NCBI GenBank assembly: GCA_039810885.1
Contig: JBDHXV010000009.1
Location: 129 to 64,128, forward strand
DNA length: 64,000 nucleotides
Origin: Chitinophagales bacterium
Lineage (GTDB): Bacteria > Bacteroidota > Bacteroidia > Chitinophagales > UBA10324
Direction of reading: 5' to 3'
A program made the position numbers and the translations under genes. The notes beneath the pieces are model-generated. The model did not search any database. It was not told the origin of the DNA and saw only the letters and a list, made by a program, of their open reading frames with translations. Positions 61,031 through 64,000 of the stretch are shown here, piece by piece. The first letter of the stretch is position 1. The number at the start of each line of letters is the position of its first letter.

Positions 61031-61217
61031 CAACAATATAGCACTCTAACCAACCAATAGTTTCATTAACACCTTTAATAAAAGCATCTAATTCAGACTT
61101 GGTTTCAAAACTAAATTCCTTTTCATTAATAGTTTTTTCGTCAATAGAAAATGGAACATCAGATAAGAATTTGTTTACTTGTTCTTTGCCGAATATGATT
61201 TTGACTTTATGCTTCAT
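61014..61217 (-). CDS. Hypothetical 67-aa protein, translationally coupled to the HNH gene
   Basis: Its ATG overlaps the HNH stop by 4 nt. No recognisable domain. Its 3' end runs into IR arm A. Confidence 0.45.
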   Translation of the reverse strand: MKHKVKIIFGKEQVNKFLSDVPFSIDEKTINEKEFSFETKSELDAFIKGVNETIGWLECYIVEGTVV

Positions 61218-61984
61218 TTGTTAAAAATATTTTGATGATGGTATTCTAAAAATTCTATTGATGGACTAAATCTATCAGGTAAAACGATTGGTTGATTTTC
61301 GTATTCAAGAAAATATTTTTGAATGTTTTTTTCTTTTCGTTTTTCTAAAATAGCATCAGATAACTTAACCTTAAAATCTGAGGTTATGGTTATTAAACCC
61401 TTATCAAATGCTTTATCGTGGATATTATTTAAACAAATACCATTTTTAGGATTTAATCTTTCTTTTGTGTTTTTTGACCAAGGAATTATATGGCTTGCAA
61501 CTAACAAAGAAGTAATAGAAATACCTGTAATACTACACCTTTCATTGTATGATGCTAAAATTCTTTGACGAAAATCAGTTTGATTAACTCTTGTTCTTAC
61601 AAGCCGTTCTTTCTCTCTTCCATCAGCAAATTTTAATTCTGGCTCTAATTCAAGTATTTCTTCAATTGGTTTGTTTTGAATAGTTGAAAGTATAGCTGAA
61701 CTATCAAGTGCTAATTTTTCCCACTGTCCAAAATATTCGTTCCAAATTTCTTTATCTGATGAACTTGCCGCACTTTTACCCTTATTTCCAATTTTTTGTT
61801 TTTCAGCATCAAGGCTTGTAAAATTCATTAATTTGTAGGCTAATGCAGCAGGTGTTCTATCAATAATTGGAGCTAACTTTTTTATTTCAGAATTAGAACT
61901 ACCACTAATTTTGTTGTAAGGGATTTTCCAATAAAGATTTAATGCTACAATTAACTGTTCTCTATTCCAATTATCTCTTGCCAT
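61214..61984 (-). CDS. HNH endonuclease (HNH_2 / putative restriction-endonuclease type)
   Basis: 256 aa. C-terminal RVNQTDFRQRILASYNERCSITG...LVASHIIPW....RL.P.NGICLN.IHDKAFDKGLITI is the typical His-Asn-His nuclease core of that family. Confidence 0.85.
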   Translation of the reverse strand: MARDNWNREQLIVALNLYWKIPYNKISGSSNSEIKKLAPIIDRTPAALAYKLMNFTSLDAEKQKIGNKGKSAASSSDKEIWNEYFGQWEKLALDSSAILSTIQNKPIEEILELEPELKFADGREKERLVRTRVNQTDFRQRILASYNERCSITGISITSLLVASHIIPWSKNTKERLNPKNGICLNNIHDKAFDKGLITITSDFKVKLSDAILEKRKEKNIQKYFLEYENQPIVLPDRFSPSIEFLEYHHQNIFNK

Positions 61985-61990
61985 AAACTA

Positions 61991-62887
61991 CTATGCTGCG
62001 TTTTGCGTTAGGGATTGAAGTGGAAATCCTTTTTGTGAGGAACGAACAAAAAGATTGGAACGGAAAGCCCGACCCGATAGGGAAACGCCCAAATAGTCTT
62101 TACGGAATCCAACAATATAAATTCTTTCTCTATTTTGTGGAACGCCATACTCCTTTGCGTTTATAATTTGCGGTTCTGGAACAAAATAATCAAGGTCGTT
62201 GCGTAAAACATTTAAGATTGTTTCCAATGTTTTTCCTTTGTCGTGGCTTCTTAAACCTTTTACATTTTCTAAAAAGATTGCTTTGGGTTTGTGTTTTTTG
62301 ATAATTTCTGCAACGTCAAAAAATAGTGTCCCTCTTGTGTCGTCAAAGCCCCCACGCTTGCCGGCAATTGAAAATGCTTGACAAGGAAAACCTGCACACA
62401 AAACATCAAAACCGTCCGGAATGAACATTTTAGTTTGTTCTTTAGTAATGTCACCAAATGGAACTTCACCAAAATTTGCTCTGTATGTTCTCTGTGCTTC
62501 TTTGTCCCACTCACTGGTAAAAACACATTTACCGCCTAAATTTTGCATTGCCATTCTGAAACCACCAATGCCGGCAAATAAGTCTATGAATTTGAATGTA
62601 TAATTTTCAGGTGTTGGAAAAGGAACGTCATTTACTTCAAAAAGTAATTGTTGCAAAGCATCTTCTGCAACCATTGAAAGATTGTTTTCTTCCTCTTGGA
62701 ATTGAACATATTCCTTCAAATATTTCATAGCATCTTTCTTGAAATGCTTTGCTACTCCATTATCAATATTGTGGAGATAATGGGTAATCACAGCTTTCTT
62801 GTGATTAGCCGGAACTGCTTCAACTAATCTGATTTGAAACCGCTTTCCGTCAAACTCGTCAATTGATATTTTTTCTTTCAGTTTCAT
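61991..62887 (-). pseudogene. m5C DNA methyltransferase, N-terminal part (motifs I-VIII), M.HpaII-like
   Basis: Motif I FIDLFAGIGGF, motif IV GFPCQAFS, motif VI ENVKGL, motif VIII QNRERIYIVGF. After ...RKDY (about nt 62093) the frame runs through IR arm B for 33 unrelated codons to a TAG. Confidence 0.9.
61995..62090. repeat. Inverted-repeat arm B of the cassette
   Basis: The reverse complement reads GGGCGTTTCCCTATCGGGTCGGGCT... 28/34 matches to arm A from the outer GGG, with weaker similarity out to ~90 nt. Contains the hairpin AATCTTTTTGT-TCGTTCCTC-ACAAAAAGGATT (62025..62056). Confidence 0.7.
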
Positions 62888-63290
62888 TTATAGTCTTTTG
62901 AATTTTATTAATGCACTTGTCTAGATTTTTTGTAATGTCTTTACCCCAAAATCTTAATACTTTCCAACCTTCTGCAATAAGTTTTTCGTTAACCTCATTT
63001 TCTCGCTCTATGTTGCGTTCAATTTTTGTCAGCCAAAATTCTTGATTGCTTTTATGGTCAAACTTTCTGGTTTCCCAATCTTTTCCGTGCCAAAACTCGC
63101 TGTCAACAAAAACAGCAAGTTTATATTTCTTAAAGGTTAAATCGGGCTTTCCAAAAACTGTTCTGTCATTCTTTCTATATCGCAAACCTTGAGCAAACAA
63201 AGCTTTTGCAAGAGCAGTCTCAATCTTAGAGCCGGAGGCTCTAATTGCTTGCATATTCTTTCTTCTTTGTTCTACAGTTAGCTTGTCCAT
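62859..63290 (-). CDS. vsr: Very short patch repair endonuclease
   Basis: 143 aa. Has R..NM..I.....K.E......L...G.RYR.....GKPD......K.A.FVD..FWHG, as in Vsr. Overlaps the methyltransferase start by 29 nt. Confidence 0.93.
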   Translation of the reverse strand: MDKLTVEQRRKNMQAIRASGSKIETALAKALFAQGLRYRKNDRTVFGKPDLTFKKYKLAVFVDSEFWHGKDWETRKFDHKSNQEFWLTKIERNIERENEVNEKLIAEGWKVLRFWGKDITKNLDKCINKIQKTINETERKNIN

Positions 63291-63294
63291 AGTT

Positions 63295-63534
63295 CTACTT
63301 TTCTACAACTTTAAATTCATAGTCAAGGAAAATTGAAAAGCGAACCAAATAGTCAACCGTAATACTGAATTTTCCGTTTTCAATTTTTGAAATTGTCGAA
63401 CGGTTAATGTTCATCAGTTCTGCTAATTGTTCTTGGCTGTAACCTCTTTGTTCTCGAACAATTCTAATTTTGTCGCCAAGTTTTAGCCGATAATCTTTTA
63501 TTTGATTTTCTGTTGCCGTTAATTCTGCGTTCAT
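63295..63534 (-). CDS. XRE-family HTH protein (possible RM controller/C protein)
   Basis: About 80 aa from the ATG at 63534 (the track ORF extends to 63606). HTH YSQEQLAELMNINRSTISKIENG. Lies 4 nt upstream of vsr. Confidence 0.75.
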   Translation of the reverse strand: MNAELTATENQIKDYRLKLGDKIRIVREQRGYSQEQLAELMNINRSTISKIENGKFSITVDYLVRFSIFLDYEFKVVEK

Positions 63535-63670
63535 AGAATTGTATGTTAATTCACAAATAAAGTTCCTGTGTGTTCTGTGCCGTTTTCGTCTTGAATTGTA
63601 AGCCAAACATTAGTTTCAACTCCTTTAACTCCTTTTGTCAAATCGAGCATAATTTTCTGTTCGCTCACTT

Positions 63671-63943
63671 TTACAACTTTTCCGTCGCTTGTGAATAGTC
63701 GGCTTTGTTGATAGTTACTTCGTGCCCTACAAGGCCAGAAGTGTCAACTTCAACAACTTCAAGGTCGTCAAGTAAAACAGCGTTGATAGGTGGAAATGAA
63801 AGTCCTGTGTTAAGAGCTTTAATATCTGCTCTTGGTCTTTCAACGTCTTCTTTGATTTCTAAAACAACGTAAAGTTGATTTGGATTTTCGTCTGGTAGCG
63901 GTGTGTGAAACTTTGCTACTTGTCCCGGTTTATTTGGTCTCAT
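63671..63943 (-). CDS. Hypothetical protein
   Basis: 90-aa ORF with no recognisable domain. Same strand as the rest of the island. Confidence 0.4.
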   Translation of the reverse strand: MRPNKPGQVAKFHTPLPDENPNQLYVVLEIKEDVERPRADIKALNTGLSFPPINAVLLDDLEVVEVDTSGLVGHEVTINKADYSQATEKL

Positions 63944-64000
63944 TTGTCAGTGTGCAGAATTTATAGCGTTGCCCCCGCTGCTTAATTTGTTAATGTGTCA

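Larger units (their letters stand above)
60925..62092 (-). mobile_element. ~1.17-kb inverted-repeat-bounded cassette (HNH endonuclease + 67-aa ORF) inserted in the methyltransferase gene
   Basis: It separates motif VIII from the TRD. It is flanked by TATTT on both sides. Removing 1168 nt fuses ...GFRKDY to FLSTQY... in frame. Both inner genes run in the same direction as the host gene. Confidence 0.6.

Noticed and set aside
62017-62040. The +1 frame of arm B reads ...HKKDFHFNP*, which resembles the F-x-F-P segment that normally follows motif VIII of m5C methyltransferases.
   Set aside because: It is only 8 residues long, out of frame and followed by a stop. The same nucleotides are part of the inverted repeat shared with arm A, so it is most likely a coincidence.
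60925-62092. Canonical group I or group II intron interrupting the methyltransferase gene.
   Set aside because: No register within the shared TATTT gives an intron ending in G (the group I omega-G), and none gives a GUGYG...AY pair (group II). No reverse transcriptase is present. I could not identify a P3-P9 core by eye. A non-canonical RNA element is not excluded; see the findings.
1-64000. CRISPR arrays, tRNA, rRNA and tmRNA genes.
   Set aside because: No regularly spaced short direct repeats were seen in any intergenic region on either strand by eye. No cloverleaf-like or rRNA-like conserved stretches were seen either. A tRNAscan/Infernal run would be the definitive check.

Overview
The window reads as a Bacteroidota chromosome segment. 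Evidence for the phylum: type-A and type-B T9SS C-terminal sorting domains, and exact TAnnTTTG -7 promoter boxes in front of several genes.

Positions 1 to about 52.7 kb are ordinary core genome: smc, yajQ, a lolD-like ABC ATPase, fbaB, accD, rpsO-pnp, nfeD-floA, thyA-folA, rluD, typA, cphA, ltaE, rlmH, dprA, a NarL-type two-component pair, a RelA/SpoT-fur pair, ychF, and several T9SS cargo proteins.

From about 52.7 kb to the end of the window the sequence becomes visibly more A/T-rich. Hand counts of a few 60-nt lines gave about 28-32% G+C, against about 45% in core genes; this was not computed over the whole window. Every gene in this stretch is on the minus strand, and I read it as an accessory defence/mobile island. 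In coordinate order it contains:
- a class-II Fic protein plus an unknown partner ORF
- the C-terminal stub of a destroyed restriction-modification (RM) or methyltransferase gene, next to an IS3-family remnant
- a HigB/HigA-like toxin-antitoxin (TA) pair
- an uncharacterised two-gene operon: a lipoprotein plus a 635-aa membrane-embedded single-HKD PLD-family protein with long coiled coils
- a CCGG-type (M.HpaII-like) RM module with an HTH controller-like gene, vsr, the methyltransferase (M) and a Cfr10I/NgoMIV-like endonuclease (R)

The three most unusual observations:
1. The m5C methyltransferase gene is split exactly between motif VIII and the target-recognition domain (TRD) by a ~1.17-kb cassette. 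The cassette has long imperfect inverted-repeat arms with a 17-bp perfect core and carries an HNH endonuclease gene plus a coupled 67-aa ORF. The downstream restriction gene still looks intact.
2. A ~133-138-nt structured repeat family with AAC...GTT-type ends sits immediately 3' of each of three gene cassettes, an integron-attC-like layout.
3. The PLD-transmembrane plus lipoprotein operon sits between RM and TA cassettes.

No rRNA, tRNA or CRISPR array was recognised by eye.
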